Assembly: GCA_964016885.1 (NCBI GenBank)
Contig: OZ024763.1
Location: 7,936,001 to 8,000,000 of the forward strand
DNA from: Eledone cirrhosa
Taxonomy: Eukaryota
DNA length: 64,000 nt
Direction: 5' to 3'
Positions 14,820-29,104 of this stretch are shown here, one piece after another. Under the pieces are notes generated by a model, which saw only the letters and a program-made list of their open reading frames with translations, was not told the origin of the DNA and did not search any database. Within the stretch, counting starts at the first letter, position 1; the number at the start of each line of letters is the position of its first letter. A program made the translations under genes and the position numbers.

Positions 14820-15660
14820 ATACATAATAGCAGTGGAGACCTCTGGTGTCCTTGGCCCTAGGACCACCTCCCTACTCCCCACAATTGGCTTCTGGTGCCC
14901 TTGGCCCTAGGACCACCTCCCTACTCCCCACAATTGGCTTCTGCTGTCCTTGGCCCTAGGACCACCTCCCTACTCCCCACAATTGGCTTCTGGTGTCCTT
15001 GGCCCTAGGACCACTTCCCTACTCACCACCATTGGCTTCTGGTGCCCTTGGCCCTAGGACCACCTCCCTACTCCCCACAATTGGCTTCTGGTGTCCTTGG
15101 CCCTAGGACCACCTCCCTACTCCCCACAATTGGCTTCTGGTGTCCTTGGCCCTAGGACCACCTCCCTACTCCCCACAATTGGCTTCTGGTGTCCTTGGCC
15201 CTAGGACCACCTCCCTACTCCCCACAATTGGCTTCTGGTGCCCTTGGCCCTAGGACCACCTCCCTACTCCCCACAATTGGCTTCTGGTGTCCTTGGCCCT
15301 AGGACCACCTCCCTACTCCCCACAATTGGCTTCTGGTGTCCTTGGCCCTAGGACCACCTCCCTACTCCCCACAATTGGCTTCTGGTGCCCTTGGCCCTAG
15401 GACCACCTCCCTACTCCCCACAATTGGCTTCTGGTGCCCTTGGCCCTAGGACCACCTCCCTACTCCCCACAATTGGCTTCTGGTGTCCTTGGCCCTAGGA
15501 CCACCTCCCTACTCACCACCATTGGCACAATGGAGTTGGCTACCCACAGGTGTGAGCCTCGCAAGTTGGAATGGCTGCTCTTCCAGCAAGTCTCCCTCAC
15601 CATCCTCTGGGGAAACACCTTCTCCAGTCTGTCCACCGGGGTTGCAGGGCAGCCAGCACG
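14820..15660 (+). mobile_element. CRE-like non-LTR retrotransposon relic (C-terminus of the restriction-like endonuclease region)
   Basis: Collapsing the internal array gives IAVETSGVLGPRTTSLLTTIG...EPRKLEWLLFQQVSLTILWGNTFSSLST. This matches the AVET.G..G...L.QR.S.A..RGN..S pattern of CRE-clade elements. Confidence 0.65.
14842..15527. repeat. 49-bp tandem array, ~14 copies, inside the CRE-like relic
   Basis: Unit is GGCTTCTGGTGTCCTTGGCCCTAGGACCACCTCCCTACTCCCCACAATT. Confidence 0.95.
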
Positions 15661-16044
15661 TGGGCTCCCGTTTGCTTATAATATTGAGAGATGGGGAGAG
15701 CAGGAGAGACGGAGGCAGTGACAGTGGGAGTTTGGTTCCTCTGTGCTGAGACCTGGTGTAGATATATGCATGTCTTTATTCTGTCTGACCCATACAAGCA
15801 TGGAAAAATGGCCGCTAAACGATGATGATGATGATGATGATATTCATAATTTGGTTTTTATTACACTGGACAACAGCTTTCATAAATTAGAAGATAAGAA
15901 GGAAGGAAGGAAAGATAGAGAGGAGGGCATGGGAGGTAGGAAAGAGAGGGGGGGGGAGTACTTACTGTGGACATTAATATTTTCTGACCAATAAAAATCA
16001 GTAGAAACAGAAATCAAAGGAAATCATTATTTCACATTATCAAT

Positions 16045-17675
16045 AGTGTTGTTGTTGTTGTTGATGTTGTTGTTATTGATGTTGTTGTTGTTTTGATTAT
16101 TGCTGATGTTGTTATTATTATTAGTGATGTTGTTGTTGTTGTTGACATGAGGTTGTTGTTGTTACTGCTGTTGTTATTATTGTTGTTGTTGTTGTTATTG
16201 ATGTTGATGGTGATGATATTGTTGTTGTTGTTGCTAGTGATGATGATGATGATGATGATGGTAGTGCTGGTGAAATGGAATAATCCGATTAATATGAATT
16301 ATCACCATCACCACCACCACCACCACCACCACCACCATCATCCTCACCACCACCACCATCACCACCACCATCACCACCACCACCACCATCACCACCACCA
16401 CCACCATCACCACCATCACCACCATCACCACCATCACCACCACCATCACCACCACCACCACCATCACCACCACCACCATCATCCTCACCACCACCACCAT
16501 CACCATCACCACCATCATCACCACCATCATCACCACCATCACCACCATCACCACCATCACCACCATCACCACCATCACCACCACCAACACCACCACCACC
16601 ATCATCCTCACCACCACCACCACCATCATCACCACCATCACCACCATCCTCACCACCACCACCACCACCACCATCATCCTCACCACCACCACCACCATCA
16701 TCACCACCATCACCACCATCCTCACCACCACCACCACCACCACCATCATCACCACCACCATCATCACCATCACCACCACCATCACCACCACCATCACCAC
16801 CATCACCATCATCATTATTATTAATTATCATTAGCGATAGATTGGCAGTAGAATCGGAAGAGCGTCAGACACCATGTTTCGTGACATGGAGTTACATTCC
16901 TTTATGTTCTGAGTTCAAATCCCGCCGAGGTTAACTTTGCCTTTCATCCTTACGGGGTTCGATAAAATAAAGTACCAGTAATGATGATGATGGTGGTGGT
17001 GGTGGTGGTGGTGGTGGTGGTGGTGGTGGTGGTGGTGGTGGTGGTGGTGGTGGTGGTGATGATGGTGATGGTGATGATGATGATGATGATGGTAATGATG
17101 GTGATGGTGATGGTGATGATGATGATGATGATGGTAATGATGGTGATGGTGGTGGTGGTGGTGGTGGTGGTGGTGGTGGTGGTGATGATGATGATGGTGA
17201 TGATGGTGGTGATGGTGGTGGTGGTGGTGGTGATGGTGGTGATGGTGGTAGTGATGGTGGTGATGATGGTGGTGGTGGTGGTGGTGGTGGTGATGATGAT
17301 GATGGTGATGATGGTGGTGATGGTGGTGGTGGTGGTGGTGATGGTGGTAGTGATGGTGGTGATGGTGGTGATGATGGTGGTGATGGTGGTGATGATGGTG
17401 GTGGTGATGGTGGTGGTGGTGATGGTGGTGGTGGTGGTAGTGATGGTGGTGATGATGATGATGATGGTGATGATGGTGATGATGATGGTCATGATGGTGA
17501 TGGTGGTGGTGATGGTGGTAGTGATGGTGGTGATGATGATGGTGGGAATGGTGGTGATGGTGATGGTGGTGGTGGTGATGGTGGTGGTGGTGGTGGTGAT
17601 AGTGGTGATGATGATGGTAGTGATGGTGGTGATGGTGGTGATGGTGGTGGTGATAGTGGTGATGATGATGATGAA
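16045..17675. repeat. GTT/GAT, (CAC/CAT)n and (GGT/GAT)n trinucleotide tracts
   Basis: Direct inspection. These are the source of the poly-His and poly-Val ORFs. Confidence 0.95.
16833..16980 (+). mobile_element. Nin/Deu-type SINE, 3'-truncated
   Basis: AGATTGGCAGTAGAATCGG...GAGTTCAAATCCCGCCGAGG...GCCTTTCATCC...GATAAAATAAAGTACCAG. Confidence 0.8.
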
Positions 17676-17821
17676 TGTGATGATTAACTATCTCTCCCTG
17701 TTGAAACAAAAGCCAATCAATTTGTTTGTTGTTAAACCATAGCTTCCACTTACCAATCACAGTTAATAATTGATCTGTGTGCAGTTTATTGATAAAAAAC
17801 AATAATGTTGTTTGGTGGAAT

Positions 17822-18600
17822 CTCATTTCAACTTAACACAACAGCTTCTCCACTGTCACCACCACCACCTCCACCACTACCACGACACCACCACCACCTC
17901 CACTGTCACCACCACCTCCACCACCTCCTCCACCACTGTCACCACCACCACCTCCACACCTCATTTCAACTTAACACAACAGCTTCTCCACTGTCACCAC
18001 CACCACCTCCACCACTACCACGACACCACCACCACCTCCACTGTCACCACCACCTCCACCACCTCCTCCACCACTGTCACCACCACCACCTCCACACCTC
18101 ATTTCAACTTAACACAACAGCTTCTCCACTGTCACCACCACCACCTCCACCACTACCACGACACCACCACCACCTCCACTGTCACCACCACCTCCACCAC
18201 CTCCTCCACCACTGTCACCACCACCACCTCCTCCACCACTGTCACCACCACCACCTCCACACCTCATTTCAACTTAACACAACAGCTTCTCCACTGTCAC
18301 CACCACCACCTCCACCACTACCACGACACCACCACCACCTCCACTGTCACCACCACCTCCACCACCTCCTCCACCACTGTCACCACCACCACCTCCACAC
18401 CTCATTTCAACTTAACACAACAGCTTCTCCACTGTCACCACCACCACCTCCACCACTACCACGACACCACCACCACCTCCACTGTCACCACCACCTCCAC
18501 CACCTCCTCCACCACTGTCACCACCACCACCTCCACACCTCATTTCAACTTAACACAACAGCTTCTCCACTGTCACCACCTCCACCACTACCACGACACC
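17822..18600. repeat. 138-bp minisatellite, ~6 copies, decaying into a CAC-rich tract that extends to ~19260
   Basis: TCATTTCAACTTAACACAACAGCTTCTCC recurs at 17823, 17961, 18099, ~18264, 18402 and 18540. Confidence 0.92.
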
Positions 18601-19794
18601 ACCACCACCACCACCACCACTGTCACCACCACCACCTCCACACACCACCACCACCACTGTCACCACCACCACCTCCACACACCACCACCACCAGTCACCA
18701 CCACCACCTCCACACACCACCACCACCACTGTCACCACCACCACCTCCACACACCACCACCAACACTGTCACCACCACCACCACCTCCACACACCACCAC
18801 CTCCACACACCACCACCACCACTGTCACCACCACCACACACCACCACCACCACTGTCACCACCACCACCTCCACTCACCACCACCTCTACACACCACCTC
18901 CACCACCTCCACACACTACCACCACCACTGTCACCACCTCCACCACCTCCACCACACACCACCACCACCACACACCACCACCACCACCACCACACACCAC
19001 CACCACCACCTCCACCACCACCACCACCACATACCACCACCACTACCACCACCACCACACACCACCACCACCACCTCCACCACCACCACACATACCACCA
19101 CCACTACCACCACCACCACACACCACCACCACCACACATCACCACCACCACCTCCACCACCACCACACATACCACCACCACTACCACCACCACCACACAC
19201 CACCACCACCACACACCACCACCACCACCTCCACCACCACCACACATACCACCACCACTACAATGACACTGCCACCATCTGCACATTGTTGTTCTTGCTG
19301 TTATTGTAATTGTCATTGTTACAGTTGTTATTGTTGTCACTGTTGTTGTTGTAGATATTATTGTTGTTATTGATGATGTTATTGTTATAGTTATTGTTGT
19401 TGTTGTTACTGTAGATGTTGTTATAGTTGTTGTTATTGTAGTTGTTGTTACTATACCCCTCCCCCCACTACTTCAGAATTAGCCCCACAACAGTCACCAC
19501 TCATTAAAACAACAACAAACAATCACAACAACAAAACCTCATTTATATCATTTAATTATCTCTTCATTTAAACTGTTGAAGCAATTAAAGCTAACAAAAC
19601 ATTCGTTAATCACACAGTACTCCCACTGGCTACATTACAACCCAGTCACGCTCCACTGCATTATAGTCCTGGGGCTCTTCCATTAACCCTTTTCATACTC
19701 GACCACCTAAAATTGATTCTGGGTTAAAATGTAACAAATTTACTATTTTAAACTGTTCTTGTTTAACCCTTTAGCATTTAAACCTGTCGTATCC

Positions 19795-19859
<65 letters not shown>

Positions 19860-19974
19860 CTTATATATACACACACATATATATATATACACAAATATAT
19901 ATATACATACATATATATCTACATACATATGTATACATACATATATATATATACATACATATATATATATACAT

Positions 19975-20035
<61 letters not shown>

Positions 20036-20059
20036 TATATACATACATATTTACATACA

Positions 20060-20113
<54 letters not shown>

Positions 20114-20162
20114 CACACATATATTTACAAATATGTGTGTGTGTATATACATATATATATAT

Positions 20163-20198
<36 letters not shown>

Positions 20199-20204
20199 CA
20201 TCAT

Positions 20205-20525
20205 TTCAATTTACGACCGCTGTTCCCTGCTTGCAAGGGTGGGACGGGAACTGATTCTGGCTTGATTTCTACAGCTGGATGCCCTTCCTAACACCAACCT
20301 CATTTACAGTGAGTGCTGGGTGCTTTTTTGCCGTGGCACCTCCACGACCACTTTACAGTGGAATGACAGGGACCCCAGTCCCTATCATCTCATTTCTACA
20401 GCTGAGTAAACTGGAGCAATGTGAAATAAAGTGTCTTGCTCAAGGACACAACACATCACCCGGTCTGAGAACTGAACTCACAACCTTTCGATTGCAAGCC
20501 CAATGCTCTAACCACTAAGCCATGT
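20205..20525 (-). mobile_element. tRNA-derived SINE with CORE-like and Meta-like segments
   Basis: Reverse complement has the head CATGGCTTAGTGGTTAGAGC, then GTGTCCTTGAGCAAGACACTT and TTAGGAAGGGCATCCAGC. A near-identical copy lies at 40145-40468. Confidence 0.8.
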
Positions 20526-21271
20526 ATATACATATATATATAAATATCCAGTGAGAAATTACTACCACAAGGGTCCAACGAGCCATTGATTACAGAGTCA
20601 GGCCAGATCGACACAGATCAAACCTTGAGCTGATCAGTAGTGAAACACATGTCACCAACCAATAAACGTAATGAAGGAGTAACCATTCGTCCTTGTTTTA
20701 TTATATATATATAGTAGTGTAATTTGGTAGAGCTTATCCCAAACTGAAAGAGCACTCCATCTGCAGTATACAGATATTTATTTATTATACTAAGTATGAT
20801 GTCAATTTAGGTACAACTGTTTCTCTGGCTGCCTATTTTAGATATTTCAGGCTCCAAATCATCAGCCTTTATCAACATGTCAGTAAAGGCTGATAGGTAG
20901 TCAAAAATAAAACATGTATAACTAAAATGACCTCGCTGTAAATGTGGTTGGTATTAGGAAGGATATCCAGTCATAGAAACCAAGCCAGAAACAGTTCTGT
21001 ATGAGCAAGATATGGTCACCTGACCTTGTCACATAATGTGACAACCTGTCTAACATACCTGTTTAGATAATTCTATAAGTTGATAAAACAACATGCAGAT
21101 ACCGACATACATTTATCGGTAATTAAACAATTTTAATATGTTATAAATATAATTGATCCTGAGGATTTCTTTATAAAGGTAAATATTATCCAAAGGGAAT
21201 GAAACATGTGGAAATCAAATAAATATTGGATTAACTGTTGGACTTGGTCGCTTCTACGTTAATATATGTGT

Positions 21272-21325
<54 letters not shown>

Positions 21326-21398
21326 CAGCGCTGTTAGTTGCTATCGTGTGTGTATGTGTATAGATATGTCTATACCTGGTAACGTACCACACCTTCTT

Positions 21399-21479
<81 letters not shown>

Positions 21480-22234
21480 TGACGGTTCAGAGTACTCAAT
21501 ACCAGTGTAGGGTTTAAATATTCATTTTATTAAGGCTAAATAGAGAGTCCTCTCTCTCATCCAATGTTTCTCTATCGACACTACTACTCTCTTTCTCCCT
21601 CTCTTTCTCTCCCTCCCTCCCTCTCGCTCTATCTCTATCCCCTTCTTTACCCACATGACCACCCTCTCAATCTCTAAATCATCTCACTTCCTCTTTTCCT
21701 CCCTCTCTCCCTACCACTCCACCTCCCACCCCCACCCCACACAGACAATTATCAGCTCTCCTTTCATTTCCACTAAAACATCCAAAATAATTATTCCCTT
21801 CTCCCCCAGTTATCTCCCCTTTCCCTCCTTTACAACCAATCAGATCACTTCATTGATCATTCCCTGCTAATTACAAACATTACTAAAGAACTTTTCAAAA
21901 TATAAACACACACACACACTATCACACAGGTACACACACACACACACAGGTACACACACACACTCACACATTAGCATGCATATATACAATTATGCTTACA
22001 AACAGACACACACAAACATACACACACACATTAGCATATATACATACAATCATATACACATACACACACATACATACATACACACATTAGCATATATACA
22101 TACATGCACACTCACGCACATACATACAGTTACACATACATACCTACCTACCTACATACGTACACACGCTTTAGCATTTTGACAATTTAATTACTACAGA
22201 CACACAAACAGGTGGGTCTTTGGTTTTAGTTGGG

Positions 22235-22434
22235 NNNNNNNNNNNNNNNNNNNNNNNNNNNNNNNNNNNNNNNNNNNNNNNNNNNNNNNNNNNNNNNNNN
22301 NNNNNNNNNNNNNNNNNNNNNNNNNNNNNNNNNNNNNNNNNNNNNNNNNNNNNNNNNNNNNNNNNNNNNNNNNNNNNNNNNNNNNNNNNNNNNNNNNNNN
22401 NNNNNNNNNNNNNNNNNNNNNNNNNNNNNNNNNN
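22235..22434. other. Assembly gap (200 N)
   Basis: Run of N. Confidence 1.
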
Positions 22435-22859
22435 TCTGTGTGTATCTCTACATATATCTGTGTGTGTGTGTCAATGTGTGTGTGTATGTATGTGTCTGTG
22501 TCAGTGTGTATGCATCTGTCTGTGTCAATGTGTGTGTGTATGTATGTGTCTGTGTGAGTGTGTATGCATCTGTCTGTGTCAATGTGTGTGTATGTGTGTA
22601 TAAGTCTGTCTGTCTATCACTGTCTCTATCTATCTCTCTCTATCTATCTCTCTCTCTATCTATCTATCTATCTCTCTCTATCTATCTCTATATCTCTCTC
22701 TCTCTCTCTAACTATCTCTCTATCTATCTACCTATCTATATATCTCTCTCTCTCTCTATCTATCTCTCTCTATCTCTCTCTCTATCTATCTACCTATCTA
22801 TCTCTATATCTCTCTCTCTCTCTCTAACTATCTCTCTATCTATCTACCTATCTATATAT

Positions 22860-22893
<34 letters not shown>

Positions 22894-24800
22894 CTCTCTA
22901 TCTATCTCTCTCTCTCTATCTATCTATCTATCTACCTATCTATATATCTCTCTCTCTCTACATCTATCTATCTCTATCTTCTCACATTCACCTTCTTTCC
23001 TCCTCGTCTTTGTTTTGCCTTTGTCTTCCTCTTCCTCTTCAACATCCTCTTCATCATCATCACCCTCACCTGCCTCCCCTTCCTCCCCCTTTATCAGTAT
23101 TAAATAATCCCCACCTTGACAACTCCCTTCAGAAACTGTTAAATATTAATCCTAAACTAGCTCCCTCTCTCTCTATCTCCCTCTCTCTCTCCCTCTCTCT
23201 CTCTCTCTCCCTCTCTCACATATATATATGTATGTCTCTCTCTCTCTCTCTCCCTCTCTCACATATATATATGTATGTCTCTCTCTCTCCCTCTATCTCC
23301 CTCTCTCTCTCTACTCCCTCTCTCTCACACATATGTATGTCTCTCCCTCTCACACATATATGTCTCTCTCTCGCCCTCTCTCTCTCCCCCTCTCTCACAT
23401 ATATATATGTCTCTCTTTCTCCCTCTCTCTCCCTCTCTCACATATATATATGTCTCTCCCTCTCCCCCTCTCTCACATATATATATGTCTCTCCTTCTCT
23501 CTCTCTCTCTCTCTCCCTCTCTCACATATATATATGTCTCTCCCTCTCTCTCTCCCCCTCTCTCACACATATGTATGTTGCTCCCCTCTCTCTATTTTAT
23601 CCAGTTTTTATTTCTCAACATAAAACCAGAGAACTGAACATTAAGTTATTTATTAAAAACACACTCACACACAAACACATACATATATATACACACACAC
23701 TCAAACACATACATACACACACACATACATATATATACACACACACACTCAAACACATACATATATATACACACACACTCAAACACATACATACACACAC
23801 ATATATATACACACACACACTCAAACACATACATACACACACACATACTCAAACACATACATATACACACACACACACTCAAACACATACGTATATATAC
23901 ATACATACACTCAAATACATACATATATATACATGCATACATATATATACATACACACACACACAAACATCCATACACTCAAATGCTAAAACAAATAATA
24001 CAATACACATACACATAAAATATATACACACACACTAAACACACTAACACACAATACACAACCACTACTCACATTAACACACAATACACACACTACACTC
24101 ACACAAACTACACACACTACACACAATACGCACACTATGCTCACACAATACCCACTACACACACACTGACACACACACTACACACACACTGACACACACA
24201 CTCACACACACTACACTCACACACTGACACACACACAATACCCACTACACACCACACACAATACACTACACACACACTACACACAATACACTACACACAC
24301 TACACACCACACACAATACACTACACACACACTACACACCACACACAGTACACTTCACACACTACACACCACACAATACACCACACACACAATACACACA
24401 CAATACACACACACTACATACAATACACAACACTCACAATACACACACAATACACACACACACACAAATATTTCAAATCATTTAAATCTTGACATCAAAA
24501 GACAAGCCAAGTTAAACAAACAACACCATTAACACCAACAACAACAACACCATTAACACCAACAACAACACCACCACCACTAACACCAACATCACCACCA
24601 GCACCACCAGCATCAACACCACCACCACCATCAGCATCAACACCACCACCACCAACACCAACATCACCACCAGCATCAACACCACCACCACCACCATCAC
24701 CACCACCACCATCACCACCACCATCACCACCACCCCCAACACCACCACTAGCACCACCACCCCCAACACCAACACCACCACCATCACCAACACTACCATC
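22435..24800. repeat. Low-complexity TG, CT/TATC, CA and CAC/CAA tracts
   Basis: Direct inspection. Confidence 0.9.
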
Positions 24801-24843
24801 AATATCGCTGCTTTCACCCTTAATGGGATCTTCTGAAAACCCA

Positions 24844-24878
<35 letters not shown>

Positions 24879-24944
24879 GGTGGTGGTGGTGGTGTTAGGG
24901 GTGGTGATGGTGGTGTTGTTGTTGTTAATGGTGTTATTTATATA

Positions 24945-25150
24945 TCATCATCGTCATCATCATCATCATCGTTTAACGTCTATCTTCCACGCTAGCATGG
25001 GTTTGGACGGGTATTTTCCCACTTGAGGCAAGATTGGTTGTCTCGCTCGTATAGGACTGTCTGGCGGGTTTTCTACGGCTGGACGCCTTTCCTAACACTA
25101 ACCAGGTTTACAGTGTGGACTGGGAGGTTTTTACCGTGTTACCTACACGG
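24945..25150 (-). mobile_element. SINE 3' portion with (GAT)n tail
   Basis: CATCATCATCGTTTAACGTC..TTCCA.GCTAGCATGGG...GGCTGGACGCCTTTCCTAAC. The same tail occurs at ~15785-15840 and ~40490-40625. Confidence 0.6.
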
Positions 25151-25169
25151 CCACATTACAGCGGGGACT

Positions 25170-25299
25170 GTGTGTTTGTACCAGAGTTTTCAAGTCGCTG
25201 GCTGGGCTAAAAAGCCACACTCGTTCAGCGCATCGGTAGGGTTTCTCCTACATGGATATAAAGTAGTGGCCGTACTCGAAAACGAGTTGGCAGCCACCA
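25170..25299 (+). mobile_element. 5'-truncated copy of the 29105-29560 element
   Basis: Near identical to 29437-29560 (TTTGTACCAGAGTTTTCAAGTCGC...GAGTTGGCAGCCACC). Confidence 0.8.
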
Positions 25300-25324
25300 T
25301 ATATATATATATATATATATATAT

Positions 25325-25511
25325 AGGAAGAAGTAAGACCCCGACGGCTGAGCTCAAGCCGTTTCGACGGCTAATTCAGTACAGAATTAGCCGTCGAAAC
25401 GGCTTGAGCTCAGCCGTCGGGGTCTTACTTGTTCCTATTACCCACTCTACTACCCTAAGTATTGAGTACTTTGGTGCGTTATGGTCCACCTGGTTCCTTA
25501 CATTTCCTTCG

Positions 25512-25513
<2 letters not shown>
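25325..25513. mobile_element. Penelope-like terminal remnant with a ~50-bp-arm palindrome, in (TA)n
   Basis: AAGTAAGACCCCGACGGCTGAGCTCAAGCCGTTTCGACGGCTAATTC-AGTACA-GAATTAGCCGTCGAAACGGCTTGAGCTCAGCCGTCGGGGTCTTACTT. Confidence 0.6.
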
Positions 25514-25550
<37 letters not shown>

Positions 25551-25571
25551 CATACACATATATACACACAT

Positions 25572-25612
<41 letters not shown>

Positions 25613-25865
25613 TATATATATATAATAAAATAAAACAAGGACGAGTGTATATATATATGGGTGTGTGCGTGTGTCTATATATGTGTGTATGTGTGTGTCT
25701 ATATATGTGTGTGTGTGTCTGTGTATTTTCAAGCAGATACACCCCCCCCCCCCCCCCCCCAAGTGGACAGCAACATATATTACGACAAAAGTACAATATT
25801 TTTTTATTCATTTGTTTATTCATATACTTGTAAATAAACAAACATACCATCCAATATTAATGTTT

Positions 25866-26815
25866 ACAGGAATAGAGGAGGACAGGAATATAGAAAGACA
25901 GGAATACAGGAATATAGGAATTGAGGAGGACAGGAAGATAGAAAGACAGGAATACAGGAATATAGGAATTGAGGAGGACAGGAAGATAGAAAGACAGGAA
26001 TACAGGAATATAGGAATTGAGGAGGACAGGAATACAGGAATATAGGAATTGAGGAGGACAGGAAGATAGAAAGACAGGAATACAGGAATATAGGAATTGA
26101 GGAGGACAGGAAGATAGAAAGACAGGAATACAGGAATATAGGAATTGAGGAGGACAGGAAGATAGAAAGACAGGAATACAGGAATATAGGAATTGAGGAG
26201 GACAGGAAGATAGAAAGACAGGAATACAGGAATATAGGAATTGAGGAGGACAGGAAGATAGAAAGACAGGAATACAGGAATATAGGAATTGAGGAGGACA
26301 GGAAGATAGAAAGACAGGAATATAGGAATTGAGGAGGACAGGAAGATAGAAAGACAGGAATACAGGAATATAGGAATTGAGGAGGACAGGAAGATAGAAA
26401 GACAGGAATACGGGAATATAGGAATTGAGGAGGACAGGAAGATAGAAAGACAGGAATATAGGAATTGAGGAGGACAGGAAGATAGAAAGACAGGAATACA
26501 GGAATATAGGAATTGAGGAGGACAGGAAGATAGAAAGACAGGAATACAGGAATATAGGAATTGAGGAGGACAGGAAGATAGAAAGACAGGAATACAGGAA
26601 TATAGGAATTGAGGAGGACAGGAAGATAGAAAGACAGGAATACAGGAATATAGGAATTGAGGAGGACAGGAAGATAGAAAGACAGGAATATAGGAATTGA
26701 GGAGGACAGGAAGATAGAAAGACAGGAATACAGGAATATAGGAATTGAGGAGGACAGGAAGATAGAAAGACAGGAATATAGGAATTGAGGAAGATAGGAA
26801 CACAGGAATAGGAAA
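25866..26815. repeat. 48-bp purine-rich satellite, ~20 copies, with 40-bp variants
   Basis: Unit is GGAATACAGGAATATAGGAATTGAGGAGGACAGGAAGATAGAAAGACA. Confidence 0.95.
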
Positions 26816-26854
26816 TATTGGGAATAATGAAAAATATGTGAATAGAGAAACTAA

Positions 26855-27005
26855 TTATAATTGTTTCTACTTTAGGCACAAGGGCAACAATTTTAGGGGA
26901 GGGGGAAAGTCGTTTAAATGGCACTCAGTACATTACTGGTACTTTATTTTATAGACCCTGTAAAGATGAAAGGCAAAGCTAACCTCGGTAGGATTTGAAC
27001 TCACT
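26855..27005 (-). mobile_element. Nin/Deu-type SINE fragment
   Basis: TTGTTTCTACTTTAGGCACAAGG...CTGGTACTTTATTTTATAGACCC...GATGAAAGGCAAAG...GGATTTGAACTC. Confidence 0.75.
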
Positions 27006-27319
27006 GCCTATCTGGGAGGCATCGATACCAAGTGATGTTCGATACCCAGAAGTGGGTCATCTCTACCTTAGTAGGAATCTAATTACCCATACAGGGTACC
27101 AAATGACTATACTTGAGATATATATGGTGTATAGTTAGATTGTATATAGTTTATATAGAGTTACCTGTGTATATAGTGATGTGTATATATATATATATAT
27201 ATATATAGACTGTTACCTGTGTATATAGTGATGTATATATATATAGACTGTTACCTGTGTATATAGTGATGTGTATATATATATATAGACTGTTACCTGT
27301 GTATATAGTGATGTATATA

Positions 27320-28955
27320 CAGTGCCCCGCAAAAGTTTACAACACATTAGGAAAAATGCGGTTTTAGGTATTTTTAATAAAGTTAGGGTAATGAAAATGT
27401 AACTAGTGATAGAACATATAATGAGGCATTTAATGATACTATCATATTTTTTTTAAAATAAGGAAATAACTCATGAAGAAAAATCAATATTTTTATAACG
27501 CAAAAGTTTACAACACATTTATTAAATCATCTCTTAATATTTCGTAGCGTAACCTTTGTTGCTAATTACAACCTGTGGGCGTACGGCGTAGCCTCCTACA
27601 AACTTCTTGCATGTTTCTTGGCTAATATTTTTCCATTCTTCACAACAAATTTTCTTTAGTTCAGGGATATTTTGGGGTTTCCTTTTTTGAATTCTGAGTT
27701 TCAGTTCTCTCCACAAATTTTCGATCGGGTTAAGATCTGGAGACTGACTTGGCCATTTTAGAACATTTATTCCATTCGTACTTAACCAAGATTGTGTTAG
27801 CTTTGCAGTATGCTTTGGATCATTATCTTGTTGAAAAAAACCAACCTGGCTTTAAGCTGAGAGAATGTGCACTTTGGTGTAAATTCCTTTGCAAAATACC
27901 TCTATAATAAGCGCCATCCATTCTTCCTTCTATTATTTCAATATTTCCTAAACCTGTGGCACTAAAGCAACCCCAGACCATGATTGATCCACCTCCAAAT
28001 TTTCTTTGGCGAATATTCAGTACCTTTCTTTCTCCAGACTTTTGCCACAGCATTTCGACCAAAAAAGTTAAATGTTTGTTTCGTCCGACCAAAGTAGATC
28101 TTCCCAAAATGACGCAGGTTCGATGAGATGCTTATTTGCAAAGTTTAATCGACGAAGAACGTGTTTCCTCGTAAGAAGTGATGTTTTCCTTGGAAACCTC
28201 GAGAAGATATCATATCGATGAAGTGAACGACTAATTGTATCTGTGCTCACTTTTACTCCACTTCCTTCTAGGTCATCCTGAAGATTTTTAAGAGTACACC
28301 GGGGTTCATTGCCAACCTTTCTCGTCAATAACCGAGCTGCACGTTCCGTTATCTTTCTGGGACGACCAGAACTAATTAGAGGACAGATGGAATGATGAGA
28401 TTTCCAGTGATGAATTATTGTACCAACTGAACTCAATGGCACATTTAACTGACAAGTTATCTTTCTATAACCAACACCATTTGTATGAAGGTCTACAATG
28501 CGTTTACGGAGGTCTTAATCAATCAGTTTATTTTCCCCCATATTGTCAATGTTTACAGGACGGTTGTCCATGTTTACAGGATGGTTGTCCATGTTTACAG
28601 GAGGGTTGTCAATGCTTACAGGACGGTTGTCAGACAAATAATGACGTAATGTTTTTAATAGTCCTTAGAAGTTACCTTAAACCTAATCTAGAACATTCTA
28701 CTGAATTTTAAATCTGAAAATTTAAGAATTTTCTTGAAAAAAAGCGATAAATATAAAATGTGTTGTAAACTTTTGCGTTATAAAAATATTGATTTTTCTT
28801 CAAGAGTTATTTCCTTATTTTTAAAAAATATGATTGTATCATTAAATGCCTCATTATATGTTCTATCAGTTGTTACATTTTCATTACCCTAACTTTATTA
28901 AAAATACCTAAAACCGCATTTTTCCTAATGTGTTGTAAACTTTTGCTGGGCACTG
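27320..28955 (-). mobile_element. Full-length Tc1/mariner transposon, IR/DR type (1636 bp, ~200-bp TIRs, TA target duplication)
   Basis: TA|CAGTGCCCCGCAAAAGTTTACAACACATT ... AATGTGTTGTAAACTTTTGCTGGGCACTG|TA. GCAAAAGTTTACAACACATT is repeated at both ends of each TIR. Confidence 0.95.
27534..28541 (-). pseudogene. Tc1-family DD34E transposase, frameshifted
   Basis: Motifs DLRKRIVDLH..G.GY, SGRPRKIT, WSDET, GGGSIMVWGCF, QQDNDPKH, WPSQSPDLNPIENLW and KGYATKY*. There are 34 residues between the second D and E, several frameshifts and a short deletion. Confidence 0.93.
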
Positions 28956-29104
28956 TATATATATAGACTGTTACCTGTGTATAGACTGTTACCTGTGTAT
29001 ATAGTGATGTATATATATATATAGACTGTTACCTGTGTATATAGTGATGTATATATATATATAGACTGTTACCTGTGTATATAGTGATGTGTATATATAT
29101 ATAT

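Noticed and set aside
16093-19373. Poly-His, poly-Val, poly-Gly and poly-Thr ORFs
   Set aside because: These are trinucleotide microsatellites open in several frames on both strands.
20460-20525. tRNA gene candidates
   Set aside because: The A/B boxes belong to SINE heads and no cloverleaf is apparent.
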